Source: Tubiluchus corallicola (taxonomy: Eukaryota > Animalia > Priapulida). From it: a DNA stretch of 64,000 bases. The stretch is taken from the NCBI GenBank assembly GCA_030141605.1, contig JAQGDQ010000256.1, positions 248,001 to 312,000 of the forward strand, given 5' to 3'. Position 1 is the first letter of the stretch, and the number at the start of each line of letters is the position of its first letter. Of this stretch, positions 52,201 to 64,000 are shown one piece after another. A program made the position numbers and the translations under genes. Under the pieces are notes generated by a model, which saw only the letters and a program-made list of their open reading frames with translations, did not search any database and was not told the DNA's origin.

Positions 52201-53846
52201 TCAATCGAATGCACAGATAATTTCGGTTACACCTAGATCTGGCCAGGTCTGTGCAGTTTCTTCAGGAAAAGTGAAAATGTCTTACACTATGTTAGTGAGT
52301 GGCCGTAATGGCTACTTGTTTACTGATAAATATTTTTTTATAATACAGTAATAACTAAAATAGAAAATCTGTAGATAAAAAATAAATAAAATATAAAATA
52401 CAAAATCTAGAAATTACTAAAAGTTTGTCTGAACCCAATATTATATTAGGCATATGTTTTTTAACTATTTTTGAAAAATGCATTTAGAACAATATGTAGC
52501 ATAGACCTTTTTGTACTGGCTTAAAAAATTAGTAGCTTTGCAGACAACATTTTACTAGTGGCCTAGCATGGGGTGTGCGGTGTGTGCAATCCGCACAGGG
52601 CGGCCAGCCACAGAGAGTGGCCAATCAGTGTTTTGTACATGGCACATGAATGAAATACACGAATTCATGTCCGCTATTCAATACATGAATGGAATGAATG
52701 AAATTTTAGGCATTTGCTATAATACAGGAACAAAACGAACGAAATTTTGGAAAACTAAAAAACTTATAACAGTGCACTAAATAGTTCATAATAAATAAAA
52801 GTAGAATATTTTTTTACCGACAGCCCCAACTGTAAGATGCCATGACATACAGCTAACGAAAAAATGTGGAGTCATTAGGCGGTCAAACAGATCGCAAAAT
52901 GAATACATACAATACGTAATGTTTAAAAAAAGGCAGTGACTAAAGGTACAGATCTATGGATCCATACAACACTTGAATCGGCTTGACACTACTGATTTCT
53001 TAAATGCAAGGCAAATACGCACAAATGATAACAGTTGTGAATTTTTAAAACTGAATTAATGACTGCTATCACAATGAAGATATTTAAGATGGACCATAAC
53101 ATTAGGAAACTGGTAGGAGGTTTAGTATATCATTATGTTATTATATATAATTATAATATTGGTTCCAACATTCGGTCATAAAATTACTGCAATTATAAAT
53201 ATTAATGCAAATGTAATAGTTACATAATTAGTGTACTTTTGGAAAATAAAACTGGAAGAGATAATGATGAAAGACAGTGAGAATACCTATGACATTATGT
53301 ACTATCTACTATGTATTATACCATAATTGAAGGGAGTGAAAACGTTTTGTATATGCATGGACAAGGACATCCAAGAATCACGCAACCCTATATATTGTAC
53401 ATAATTTTTTTTAACACAGTTGTAATGAATGATATATCAGCATCAACTTGGATTCATCTATGAACTGTTAATGCTGTTATTTACTACTGTAGTGGTGCCT
53501 CTGAGGCTGAGGAAAATCTCCAAATTTAGAAGCAGTCAAAAACTTGTCAATCAACTGGAGGCAACGCTCTCCATCATTTTGTTTCTCTAGTTCATTTAAA
53601 ATGCATGAACACTATTTTTGAACAAAAGTTACCTCACATTTCATATGGTCTAAACATTGTATGTCATAAAAATGAATAAGATCTGTAGGTTTTGTGAATA
53701 TCACAAAAAGCACAGGTCTGCATTTGTTCTAGAATAAGCTGCGAATACGTATCCGTACGTGTCTCAGAGAAGGCAAGTTAAGTACGGATCTGTACCTCCA
53801 GCCACTGCCTTAAAAAAAACACACAGAACATTCGTCAAGCCGCGTG

Positions 53847-53879
<33 letters not shown>

Positions 53880-56800
53880 TGTGTGTGTGTGTTTGTGTGT
53901 GCGTGCGTGCGTGCGTGTGTGTAGTGCATCTGTGTCGTGTAGGGAGCTGTGTTACGTTTAAGGAAGGGGGCGGTCCACTTGGTCCCACGCAGGGCAGCCA
54001 CACACCCCCGCTACACCACTGCATTTTACTTATTACTTATTTCATTGTTTTTGGCTTACATCATAAGAAATTTTGTTACATTAGGTAGCTGACTTAATCT
54101 AGATTTGTATGAATTTTTTTATTTGAATTTTGTTTTATGTTTGACAGTACTGTTGTATATATTGCGAGGGCTAGAAGCCCTAACACATTCAAAAGAGACG
54201 AAGTTTAGAATCAAATTTTAGTAATATTTTAGTAACTTATTTTGGACTTTATGAGAGAAGTACATTCAACAAGTACTTTAAGACTTGGTGCAAAAATACT
54301 GGACTTTCGTAGTAAGCTGGAATGCATGATCTTCACCTGATCACATTTAAATAATAACTGTTTTTTATTAATTTTGTTTTCCAACTGGCAAATCAAATTT
54401 AAAAATTTATGCAGCTGTGCATACAAATGATCTAGAGTTTTTTGTGGCAGCTGTTTACTTAGTAACATTTCGAAGTAATAGTATAGCAAATTTATCATTG
54501 CTTTGCTTAATTGACTAAATTTAGTCAAAAGCAAAACTATAATGTTAAGCTAACATTGTTTACTGTGGTGTTTTTTGAAGTTTTTGCCGCATTTTTCCAA
54601 AATTATTCATTTAAGATTCCTTGACAGGTATTTACTCTGGTTAATTAGTGTTTTACTGCTTCAAATGTTGTAGATAGTTAGTATTGACTGTTAAAATTAA
54701 AAATATGTTGCAAGCGGAAAAACCCGATCTACTGCATCTCACTAAGTCCAATCTACTGTATTTCACGCTAAGGCCCAAAATTAAAATTTTGACCCAGTAA
54801 AAAAGTTGTCCCTTAATATAAATTAGTTGCTATATTTTCGAAATTAAAATCTTGTGCGATTATCATGAAACTTTTGCTCATGTCAGTAACTATTCTTTGA
54901 AATGTTTAAAGCTTGTAATTTGTGCATACCCGGTAGCTATCATGTGTCAGTTTAAACAGGAACCTTGTACAATGTAAATAGTACCACTACTTAAACCCTT
55001 AATTATTGTGGTTGTGGCACTTTAACTTTAAGTTAAAATTTAAGTTGTGATTATGTTCGCACAATTACTTTCAAAAGGGGTGGACTTTGTATTTATTCCG
55101 AGTGACACAATCCGTGACTAGAGAGGCTGAAATGGTGCACAGCTTCTGCGTGAAGTTAAACTGGAAGTCTTTCGGAATCCCTACATATTTGTTGCTCCAC
55201 AAAAAACCAGGAGACATTTTACATGTTTTAGTTTATTTACCCAGGGGAAAACAATAAACAAAATATTTATGTACACTGTATGTATCAAGAAATTCCAAAC
55301 TCATGTTTCATTAGTGTGTCTGACAAATTTTTGTGGAAGCCTTCTAGCCCAATAGTAAATATTGATTATAGTAATTGTCTACTAAAGCTGTGCATTAAGT
55401 CTGCTAATAATGTGAGCACAAATCAGTACATATAACATATAAACAACATTTTACATAGAAAAGGTTTTTAATTTACTATCAAGCTTCAAAAGTGCATGAT
55501 GATCCACATTTTTATTTGCCATCTGAAGTGCTTGAACTTTTTCATCTCACTGGTAGTTGAGCAGCACTTTGCATATTCCACATTATACAGATATAGATGC
55601 ATAATCCCTGCATTTGAGATATTTATTGAGCCACTAACCTGCAACCGAACAAAGACAGAGACAAAAAGACACTGTCACAATCTCACAGATAAATACAAGT
55701 TTGTGCAAACAGAGTTGGTAATCTTATTGGTGGTTTTATATACTCTCTGGCACACTAACACTGTCTGAATTGTGACTGTTATCTTTTTGTACTTTTATAA
55801 GTCCATACTACCTCTTTTCGTTGTTTTTTTGTATTTGATTCCATTTTTGATTTTTGAGCAATGCTAGCTTGATTTTTCTACTTGAGCTCTGACTTACTTT
55901 GTCAATATTTAATAATTTATATTCAAATTTTGTCTTTGCAGTGATGTGTGAAGCATTAGCAGCATATTTTACCGACAAATGTCAGCCTGTTCCTTTAGCT
56001 AATGGATTATATGGTACAAAGACAGGAAAATTGCTGCGTGATGCTTATGACCCTTTACTAACACTGCTTTTGCTTTCTCGAGAGCTTATTTCATCTCGTG
56101 GAAATAATGAATCATATGCAAAATGTAGGTATCATGGCAGTATTGTTTACCATATCAGCATTAGACATGCTATTAGTAAAAAAGAACTTCTTGAACCGTA
56201 TACAATGGATAATGTGATAACTTCTAACTAATTTATGCTTATCCACACAAATGTATTCAGTTACACATTTGGAAAGAAAATTAATATATAAGTTTTAATA
56301 TTTTTTAAAGGAAAACAGAATGATTTTTCATATCCTGCTCTGTTATGAAGTATGGGAAATGTTATACATTTTAACACCTTTAACAATGCTAAAGTTTTGC
56401 TGATAATTAAACAATAGCTTAAAAACTTAGTTAACAGCTGGTGAGCACAACAAGCGATGACGGCAAAACTGAACATAATTTCGCAACAGCACAAACATTC
56501 CACAAGCGGGTTGCACGTGTTTACAAAGGCAAAAATTGAAATACAGTGCTACTGTAGAACATTTAGTGTGAACAAAATTATATTTAAAAATTTCAATTCC
56601 CAAGTTTACCGCTTGTTGTCCAGCAATTTTACAACAAATGTGTACTTTGTCAGAATTGAACTGAGCAGTACAGCACTTGTATTGTGCAATGCGTTTCTCA
56701 GATGCAGGGTCTGCGTCTATCTAACTAAGAATAGTGAAATGCATGTAACAGCATGCAGACGTGAAACTGATCTTCCATGGTAATAATACTTTTACATATT

Positions 56801-59800
56801 AGTCATTTTAAAACTGACATTTTTATTAAAATTAGGAGCATTTTATCGACCCTGATAAGTTTTTATTGATAATTGTTTTTATGCATACACGCCAAGCAGT
56901 ATATGGCAAAAAAAAACAAAATAAAAGGTAATCGATGATGACAAAACAAACTCGAATCAAATAGAACAGAAATGATAGCAATCAATCAAATTTGTATCTT
57001 TTTCTGTTATGCACCCTAATTAAATCATCTGGCACTGTTAGGAAGTCTCTAGCTATACTTTGCACCTAATAGATTGGATTATAGTTCCCTAGCCACACCT
57101 AAAAATGTTTGAATTTTTCAGAGCATTAAAGGGGTGACTTCATCAGTACCCTCTTATATTTTACCTTAACCATTTACAAAGTTGGCTAATGATAATGTAT
57201 CTAAAAGTAGTCAGTCATATTTATAACTAACATTTTGTTCATTTGTTTAGCACAAAATGAAAATGTACCTACACGCCTTATGCTTGCTTTAACACCAGTC
57301 ATGTCAAACCTGCTTAGCACCATGACGTTAGCTGTGAACTGGTCAGAAACCAAGACAATGCAGTTTCTTGTTGCCTGGAATTTGGGTCATTTTCTTCTCA
57401 TCTCGCAATTGGATCTCAAGGTAAATGATTTATTGGGAATGGTCTTGGTGAGAAACGTTTACAAAGATGGTGTGGTAGATAATGAGCCAGACTGGAACAA
57501 ACCAGGCACTTGTTCCAACTCTTTATTTTTAAGATGTAGCATTTTGTTTGCCAGAGCATACTCTGTTCTAGTTCTAATGAAAACATCAATGGTAGTGATA
57601 TGGCCCTCTAGAAAAAAAGTATTGCGGTCCATGTGTAGCGAGTTAGCAACGTGTTTCACAGCGTTTCTTATGACTGTAAAATGGTGGTCCGATCAGCAGT
57701 ATTTGATGAAATTATAGTGTTGTGTGATACCTGGTATTGACTTGTCACATTTGGTTTGCCATGTGCTGATGTTTCACATCATTAACTCAAGTCTTGATAG
57801 TTGCACACAGCAACAGAAAACGGAAACATTTAACTTAAATATTAATCGCACAATAATCGCGGGTTGTTTAAAGATATTTTTTAGTATATCTGCAGATTTT
57901 TGCGTCATTACGACCTCTTGTACCTTTTGGTTCAGAAGTTCCAAGGTTCCCGGAAAATCTCATGTGTATCATGTGTTATCTTACTAACATGACTTCTGTA
58001 AAATCTACTTCTACTATTTAAGTGAGAATTTGTTTAACAGTTTTTAATTATTCTCAGTTATATTTCTAAATTAATGCAGAGAAAACTAACAAATGGCTTA
58101 TTTTTGCACATTCATGAAGTCTACAATCATATAAAAAACTGTCACTCGGCTGTGCAATTCTCTTAGTTTGTTGTATTTGCTGTTTATTTTAATCAGAATT
58201 TAGGTTAAAATTATCAGTATAAAAAATTTGTTATTGAATTTTTATATTGCTTCAATTTGCCGTAATTCTTCAAATTTCGATTATAAAAGCTATCTATATT
58301 GATCATATATGGAAAAGCATATATGTATTACACATGCAATGCGACTGACAAAGAACTGAATATGCGGTCAATATTTGCGTAAACAATTTTTATATTTGTA
58401 CCAAATTTTCTTTGAAAAAAATTAATTGCTTTAAGTTTAGTAAGAATTGGTTAAATTAAATTAAGACAAAATATGCCAAAGTTATTTTTTCAGCTTCAGG
58501 TTAAAATAAAACCTCGGAAATTTTGTATCAATTGAAACTTTCTAGGCTCTTAAAGATGTTGTGGGTACTTTAGGTAATGATGAAAGTGTCATAATTTCTT
58601 TATTTGTACATTATGGCTAATTGACTATCAGTTATCCTAGCTTAGCTTAATTTGTTGCCATCATTATTCGCTCTGATACTGAATAGTCATAACCATGTTA
58701 CCTTCTCAAAAAAAAAACAGTTTTTACTATACTGAAATAGTGTAGATCAAGTCTCTAAACCTATACTACATTTTAAGTATTAGTTCCGTGAATAAATATA
58801 AATACTATTGGGGATTTTTGCATTGGCACTACACTTAACATTTTCGTTTGTTTTTTATAGTTATTAACTGATATAAATCAACGGACCTTACAGTTATTGC
58901 AACCATTATGTTCATATCTACAGAACTCTTCATCAGAATGTAGTACATTGCTGGCACACCATCTCTCTTCTGTGGCTTATATCTGGCAGGGATTGCACAA
59001 TAGAGCCTCCAAATTACAGGTTTTTATGCTCTACTGTTTTATGCTAAACTTGGTATTACATCAAAAGTTGTTGAGTTATTCAGTATCTATGTGTTAAGTT
59101 AAATAAAATATTTCAATATTGCCTTACCACTTTGCTATTGTTAGGCACTGTTCTGATGTCAGTACATTAAGAAGATCTATGTATTTGTGTTGAATTTGTT
59201 ATAAGTGCAGTAATTTTTTTTTGGAATTCTATACTATTTTTCTTTATGTAGTTTATAGTAGATGATATGTGCATATCGACATATTTTACACAAATTGTGT
59301 GGACACAGACGAAGCTTTTTATATGAATGCTGATATGACTTGTGTGATTAATATTTTATCTCAGGAAAACATGCATATGTTGTTTGGATGGTTGGACCAA
59401 TTGACAAATCCCCCCTTTTAATAACAAGAGCTAGATTCTGGTCCTACCACAACCATCTCCATTAAGTAGGCTTTGTTGTTGAGTGCTGGATCACAGAGTG
59501 CTGAACCGTATAAAAAATAAAAAAATAAATATGTATGTGTAAACGTCAGTCAGTATATTGAGTTAGAATTCTGATTTCCGTCTATGCTTATAACGAATTC
59601 ACTTTTCTGCTTTCACAAATGTATTATTGTACTGAATAGGTGGTGTAATATAGTGCCTTAATAATTTTCAGACCTTGTCCAGCACACTGATTAAAATGTT
59701 TGCTGCAGTCTGCCGTCAAAGAGCCTTTCAGTTCTTTCAAGCCGAAATGCCGCTCGGGAAATATTGGCGTCGTAAAAGTAGTACAGGTAATCTACCCGAC

Positions 59801-62800
59801 GTTTGCTTTGAAGCATTATCCATCTTTTCACCTATTATGGATGTAAAAATTGTTTGATGGAAGCGCTTGCTTTTGTTTCTGTTATTTTCGCTGTAACTGG
59901 CAAATGCACCTAGAGTAAGTTAGTTAACAGTGATAAGCATCTTGATTAATTGAACCTCCTTGTTACACACTTTTGTTTGATGCATTTAGAGCGAACTACA
60001 GAAATCACTTTTAAGTACTATTTTTCTGTAGCTCTATATTTATAAATCTGCATGTTCTTCATCTGATAGCCGACTATGTTCAACTGAACATTCCTTGTTT
60101 TTAGATAAACAAACATTATAACAAATTATGCAGCCATGAGATGACAGATTAATTTGTTGTAGTTAGTTAGTTATTCAAATGTCAAATGTGCAAGTTTAGT
60201 CATAAAGGCCATGAAGAGAACTAGTAGGAGTTGCATTTGTATGAATGTACCGATGTGATTTTTAACATTTTCTCATTATTTCATTGAAATTCGCTATTTG
60301 TTACTCAAATTTACCATGTAACATTTATTTAGTTATTAATACTGCACTTTTGTGGGTTCTTTCTGCCGGGAAAATTGTATATCTCCTTAGGTAGCTCGAA
60401 CCCCTCTGTAGAGTCGAATGGCACTGGCCAATTAATAAAGAGTGACACTAGAACCAACAAGAGCAAAGCAAAGCAATAAAACATCAAAGAATTAGTTAAA
60501 TATATGAACTAAATCTAGAAAAATAGTGTAGTTTGAGCGCGCGACGAGCAGAACCCAGCTTCATTACATTAGTGTTAGTTCAGCAATACTGTACGACTCG
60601 ATAATGAATGCTACTTAAAAACTATGAAGAAAGTTGACTTTTTATTATCAAGTTCGAGTACATTCAGGTAGGCACTTAGTCAAGTGAAGAATCCTTTTCT
60701 GTTCACTGTAGTTTATAGTTTACATTTACCATATTTTTTGTTTTCCAGAAGATCCATTGGAACACAGCATCTATGTGGAACAAGCCCTTCTCGAACTTCT
60801 CTTACCGGTCGTTAATGGGACAACTAAGCTTACTATGGAGTCTCAGATCACTGTACTGAGTTTCAGCATTGTTGCTTTTTGTGAGGCATGGACGGCTTAT
60901 ATTCTTAAAGAAAAGATCCGTTTTAGGTATGAATTGGAAAATAATGTGTTACTTTGTATGTTAAACTACGTGGCGTAAATGTTCACAGTAAACATTTTGT
61001 TGTTGCAGTAACTTAATACTAGTTAGTGTGTAACATTGCGCATTTTGCATTTTAAGATCTTTTGAACAAAGAATATAGTAGTTACAGTTATTAAGTTTGC
61101 AGAAATATTTCAGATCGTCAGTCCAGAAATTTCTGCTTGAGCTGACTGGCGCATGTTCATCGTTTATTATTAGTCGATGCGTGTTTTCTGTAAAGCAAGG
61201 GCAAAATTTAAATTTACTTAATGTATTTTTTATTTTTTGCGCACTTCTGTTGCTAGAAAAAAATGCTTATTTTTTGTGATTTTTCATTGTCTGACAGTCG
61301 CATTTTTATTTTTTTTACAGTGTACATGGAGCACGACAACTAATGCTGGACTTCAGCTATGTAAGGGCTTGGCTCGGTCAGCTGCATGACCTCAATAGTG
61401 AAGCTATGCAAAGTTTGCAGGCATTGGAGATTTTCAAATATCTCAACAATGCGGTTCAACTGTTGCTGAAACAGCCGCAAAAGAAAACCATTAAAGATGG
61501 ATCTGAAAATGTTGGTACGTAGACAGGCTAATTGTAGGAGTTAAGTCGTGGCTGTTGAACACTCTAATGTTGTACAGTGCAAAAAAATAAAATTAGTTCA
61601 GAAATTACTTTGCTGGCTATTGCAACTTGATAAGTGATATTAAGTGTAATTAATGGGAATTTAATATTTCCTGCATCTTACTAAGGAAGTAATGGTTTTT
61701 TGTTTTTTTAAACAAGGAAGGTGTTGAAAATTGTAGACCAGTCAGAACTAGGGATGCGAATTCAGAACTGCTCTTTTGGGACATCTTAGGTTGTATAGAG
61801 GGATAGGTTGTGTACAGGTCTCTGCTTCAACTCCCAACTTAGTTCACAAATTTTCAGTATCTTTTTTAACAAATAGTTATTGTTACTGGTTAATTGCTTA
61901 GTCATTAATTTCCGATTTACAGCAGCTAAATAAAATCTTTTTTGTTTATGAAAAGGATAAATGGTAAATGAATAAATGGCTTATTTTATGTTTCCTTTAA
62001 TAAGTTCTTTGTACGACCATGTGATTTGAGTGTTCCTGTCTGGTCATTACCAGTTTAGCATGCACATTGCAAGAAGCTATTCTCTCTGTAGGGAGCTGTC
62101 AAAGTTGTGATGTCTTATACCTATAATACACCAAAATGTCCAGTGGCTGGCTGTCAGCATCCAAAGTTCGCGTATAAAAAACCTAATGCATATATATATA
62201 TATGTGGTCTTAAATGTTTGCTAATTAATTATTCTAAGCGTCGGCGATGTTGTCACTTAATCATAAGCTCAGTTGTTATAGGCACATAGAGAATCTATCA
62301 AGACCACAATTTTTAATTATGAAGCCTCGTGTCTTGCATAGCCTGCAATCTTGAGAGGTATGATTAGAGCAGATCGAACTAAATGGCTTTGAAATGTAAA
62401 TCACTGGCCTACAACCATGCTGAACACATTGGGGCTTCTTGATTCCTGAAAGACAGAGTGGAGGCTAAGCTGATTCGAGAACATGTCATTGATCGGTGTT
62501 TAAAAGACAAGCTTGTGAGCAAGCTTCAAGTCGCTGGTCCGATCATACTCCTCAAGACTGCTTACTGTGCGAGGTGTGCTCACACTATTACCGAGTGCAT
62601 GATAATTTTTTTTGTTAATTACCAGTGCTTTAATGCAATAAATTGCCCTGTACTAATGATCAGTGGTTCAATATTTGTCCTAGCAAAAGATCATGCTACT
62701 GTAATTCATCTTTAAGTTTTATTGACAAGGAAATGTGCTTAACCAATTATGATAATTAATGACATAATTATCCAGGTCTGGAAACACCCTCTTCAACTCA

Positions 62801-63014
62801 TTCTGAACTTGCGATGAACTCATCAACTGGTCTAAGTCCTGTAGTACTAACTGAGCAGCAAACAGCAGAAGAACCAGATGAATCATTTCCGGAAGAAGGC
62901 CAGTACTGTATCCCAAATAAGGAGGAGTGGCTGGCTTTGCGGGTACATGGCGGCACTCCGCGGTGGAAACTGCCTTCCCTTTCTTGTATAAACTCAGGTA
63001 CAACTGTGCAATAA
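37111..63014 (+). CDS. CCDC142: Coiled-coil domain-containing protein 142 homologue (14 coding exons, 961 aa)
   Basis: Exons 37111-37274, 39313-39453, 40572-40693, 48308-48537, 49601-50308, 51088-51280, 51607-51696, 55942-56124, 57251-57420, 58861-59019, 59672-59786, 60749-60926, 61321-61514, 62776-63014; all GT-AG, phases compatible, sum 2886 nt. Motifs MPLGKYWR, EAWTAYILKEKIRFSVHGARQLMLDF and EEWLALRVHGGTPRWKLPSLSC match my recollection of CCDC142. Confidence 0.85.
39313..39453 (+). CDS. CCDC142: CCDC142 coding exon 2
   Basis: AG...AG|GTAACT; encodes TFHVVHPGK...LMEERA. Confidence 0.75.
40572..40693 (+). CDS. CCDC142: CCDC142 coding exon 3
   Basis: ctttcAG...G|GTAAAT; encodes YLLLRDCIQRL. 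Confidence 0.8.
41360..41420 (-). pseudogene. Partial tRNA-like / SINE head
   Basis: Reverse complement reads GAAAGCAGAAGGTCTTGAGTTCGAATCCCAGT (B-box GTTCGAATCC); similar to 19356-19430. Confidence 0.45.
43100..45192 (+). mobile_element. 5'-truncated L2/Crack-group LINE (RT pseudogene, 3' UTR and tail) in CCDC142 intron 3
   Basis: NYRPVSLLPFFSKILE, QFGFRKG, SKAFD, GVPQGSMLGPLLFLIYINDL, FADD, FLGV, with stops and frameshifts. 3' hairpin at 44971-45008; AATAAA followed by an (ATTACAA)n tail. Confidence 0.93.
48308..48537 (+). CDS. CCDC142: CCDC142 coding exon 4
   Basis: acAG...CAG|GTTTGG; encodes ICEGLRQHMHHW...DRWL. Confidence 0.8.
48587..49093. mobile_element. hAT-like MITE in CCDC142 intron 4
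   Basis: TAGGGATGCACCAGAT / ATCTGGTGCTACGTACCTTA termini, CCAGATCTGG subterminal motifs, TSD tatattat / catattat (7/8). Confidence 0.65.
49601..50308 (+). CDS. CCDC142: CCDC142 coding exon 5 (708 bp)
   Basis: ttttcAG...AAA|GTGAGC; encodes LWDISRGLEEFN...RKSVRWCD. Confidence 0.8.
51088..51280 (+). CDS. CCDC142: CCDC142 coding exon 6
   Basis: acAG...C|GTAAGT; encodes YMDVMWERFG. Confidence 0.8.
51607..51696 (+). CDS. CCDC142: CCDC142 coding exon 7
   Basis: tttcAG...G|GTAGGG; encodes LHQVASHTQWD. Confidence 0.75.
   Translation: MKPILQLLCLCLTMFVVNFTRWRHTHSGM
52556..54021 (+). mobile_element. Non-autonomous hAT element (1466 bp) in CCDC142 intron 7
   Basis: TIRs TAGTGGCCTAGC / GCTACACCACTG with perfect 8-bp TSD CATTTTAC (52548-52555 and 54022-54029). 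Confidence 0.88.
53849..53921. repeat. (TG)n/(TGCG)n microsatellite inside the hAT element
   Basis: Seen directly. Confidence 0.95.
55942..56124 (+). CDS. CCDC142: CCDC142 coding exon 8
   Basis: ttgcAG...T|GTAGGT; encodes MCEALAAYFTDKC...TKTGKLL. Confidence 0.78.
57251..57420 (+). CDS. CCDC142: CCDC142 coding exon 9
   Basis: tttAG...AAG|GTAAAT; encodes FLVAWNLGHFLLISQLDLK. Confidence 0.85.
58861..59019 (+). CDS. CCDC142: CCDC142 coding exon 10
   Basis: tttatAG...CAG|GTTTTT; phase 0 at both ends. Confidence 0.75.
59672..59786 (+). CDS. CCDC142: CCDC142 coding exon 11
   Basis: tttcAG...G|GTAATC; encodes MPLGKYWRR. Confidence 0.85.
60749..60926 (+). CDS. CCDC142: CCDC142 coding exon 12
   Basis: ttccAG...AG|GTATGA; encodes CEAWTAYILKEKIRF. 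Confidence 0.88.
61321..61514 (+). CDS. CCDC142: CCDC142 coding exon 13
   Basis: tttacAG...G|GTACGT; encodes VHGARQLMLDFSYVRAWL...LLLKQP. Confidence 0.88.
62776..63014 (+). CDS. CCDC142: CCDC142 terminal coding exon
   Basis: ccAG acceptor; encodes EEWLALRVHGGTPRWKLPSLSC; TAA stop with AATAAA motifs at ~63010 and ~63025. Confidence 0.85.
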
Positions 63015-64000
63015 AACGAGATTAAATAAAGTGTTTTACTACATGGAATATTGATAGTTTTAATGTAAAATATATTGAACAATATTGTAAACCTTCTTAA
63101 GTGGTTTGGAGCATTTATCAGTTGTTCCAGTTAAAGATATATTATTTTTTCAGTGTTGCTTTCACTTTTATGCTATTATATCAGTAGACCCATGAAATTG
63201 CAAGTCATAATAAATTATAGGTCTACCATGCTGCACTAAATATTCCACTTTTTTAGTTGTTTTCAAATTTGTGTCTCGCTAGTGGACTTTGGAATTTGTA
63301 TACTTGCAGGAGTTTACACTCCAGTGTTGTCTCTTTTTTTGCAAGCACTGCAGCTGTTGAATTATTAATGTTATATAACTTCTTTCATAATTTCTCAAAT
63401 TGCAAAATATTATAGTTTTACACTTGATTTTTGTTGACTAGGCTGTAAGAAAACGGTATTAGTAGCGCCTCACTACCTGACAAATGTCGCGCAAAAAGTC
63501 TATGTAATATGTTACTTATCTGTGTAGCAGCATTTTTTAATTGCAGTAACCAGTTTCACGGGGTTGAGTTACATGATTTGGTGTTCCAAAACTCAATATC
63601 ATTTCTTAATCCATTGTTTTGTGTACTTTACTTTACATTGTAAACCTGCCTTGTATGAGAAACACTCAACTCTTGTTGACTTTGCTAGCAAAATCATTGC
63701 TTGAAATCACCTTGCTATTATTTTATTAGGTTGCCATTTCAGTAGTTTGTGAAAATACCCGTTATTATGCATTGTTGTTGTTGCACATCAAAGTAAGTTT
63801 TTAATGTGTTCCAGCACAGTATATCTCAACAGACACCTGCACACTTTCATATCAGCTAGAGCACTGTCATAAGCCAAAGATGAATTCCCTTAATATTTTA
63901 TCTTTTATCGTTAATTAATAATAGTTAAACTGTTTTGCTTAGTTTTAAATTTTGTGATATAATTGTAATAGTGATAACAAAGTGATGGTAAACTTAAGAG

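Noticed and set aside
53764-54088. THTHTH / CVCVCV ORFs
   Set aside because: They are translations of a (TG)n microsatellite.

Overview
AT-rich, intron- and repeat-rich eukaryotic DNA, most likely from an invertebrate animal; the species cannot be assigned from the sequence. Left half (minus strand): a tandem cluster of three paralogous GT32-type DXD-motif glycosyltransferase genes (A4GNT/A4GALT-like), each with its catalytic domain in one large exon behind a conserved phase-1 splice acceptor. Right half (plus strand): a CCDC142 homologue that I assembled by hand from 14 GT-AG coding exons (37111-63014; 2886 nt, 961 aa, all phases compatible). A CpG-richer promoter-like zone lies between them at about 30.8-31.7 kb. 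The non-coding DNA holds decayed LINEs (RTE-like, CR1, L2/Crack), several hAT-type MITEs with 8-bp TSDs, a pogo-like MITE nested in another element, a foldback/MULE-like element with inverted 20-bp arrays, one or two possible tyrosine-recombinase relics, tRNA-like heads and microsatellites. I found no strong evidence for a novel biological system. All family assignments come from recognising motifs by eye; no searches were run.
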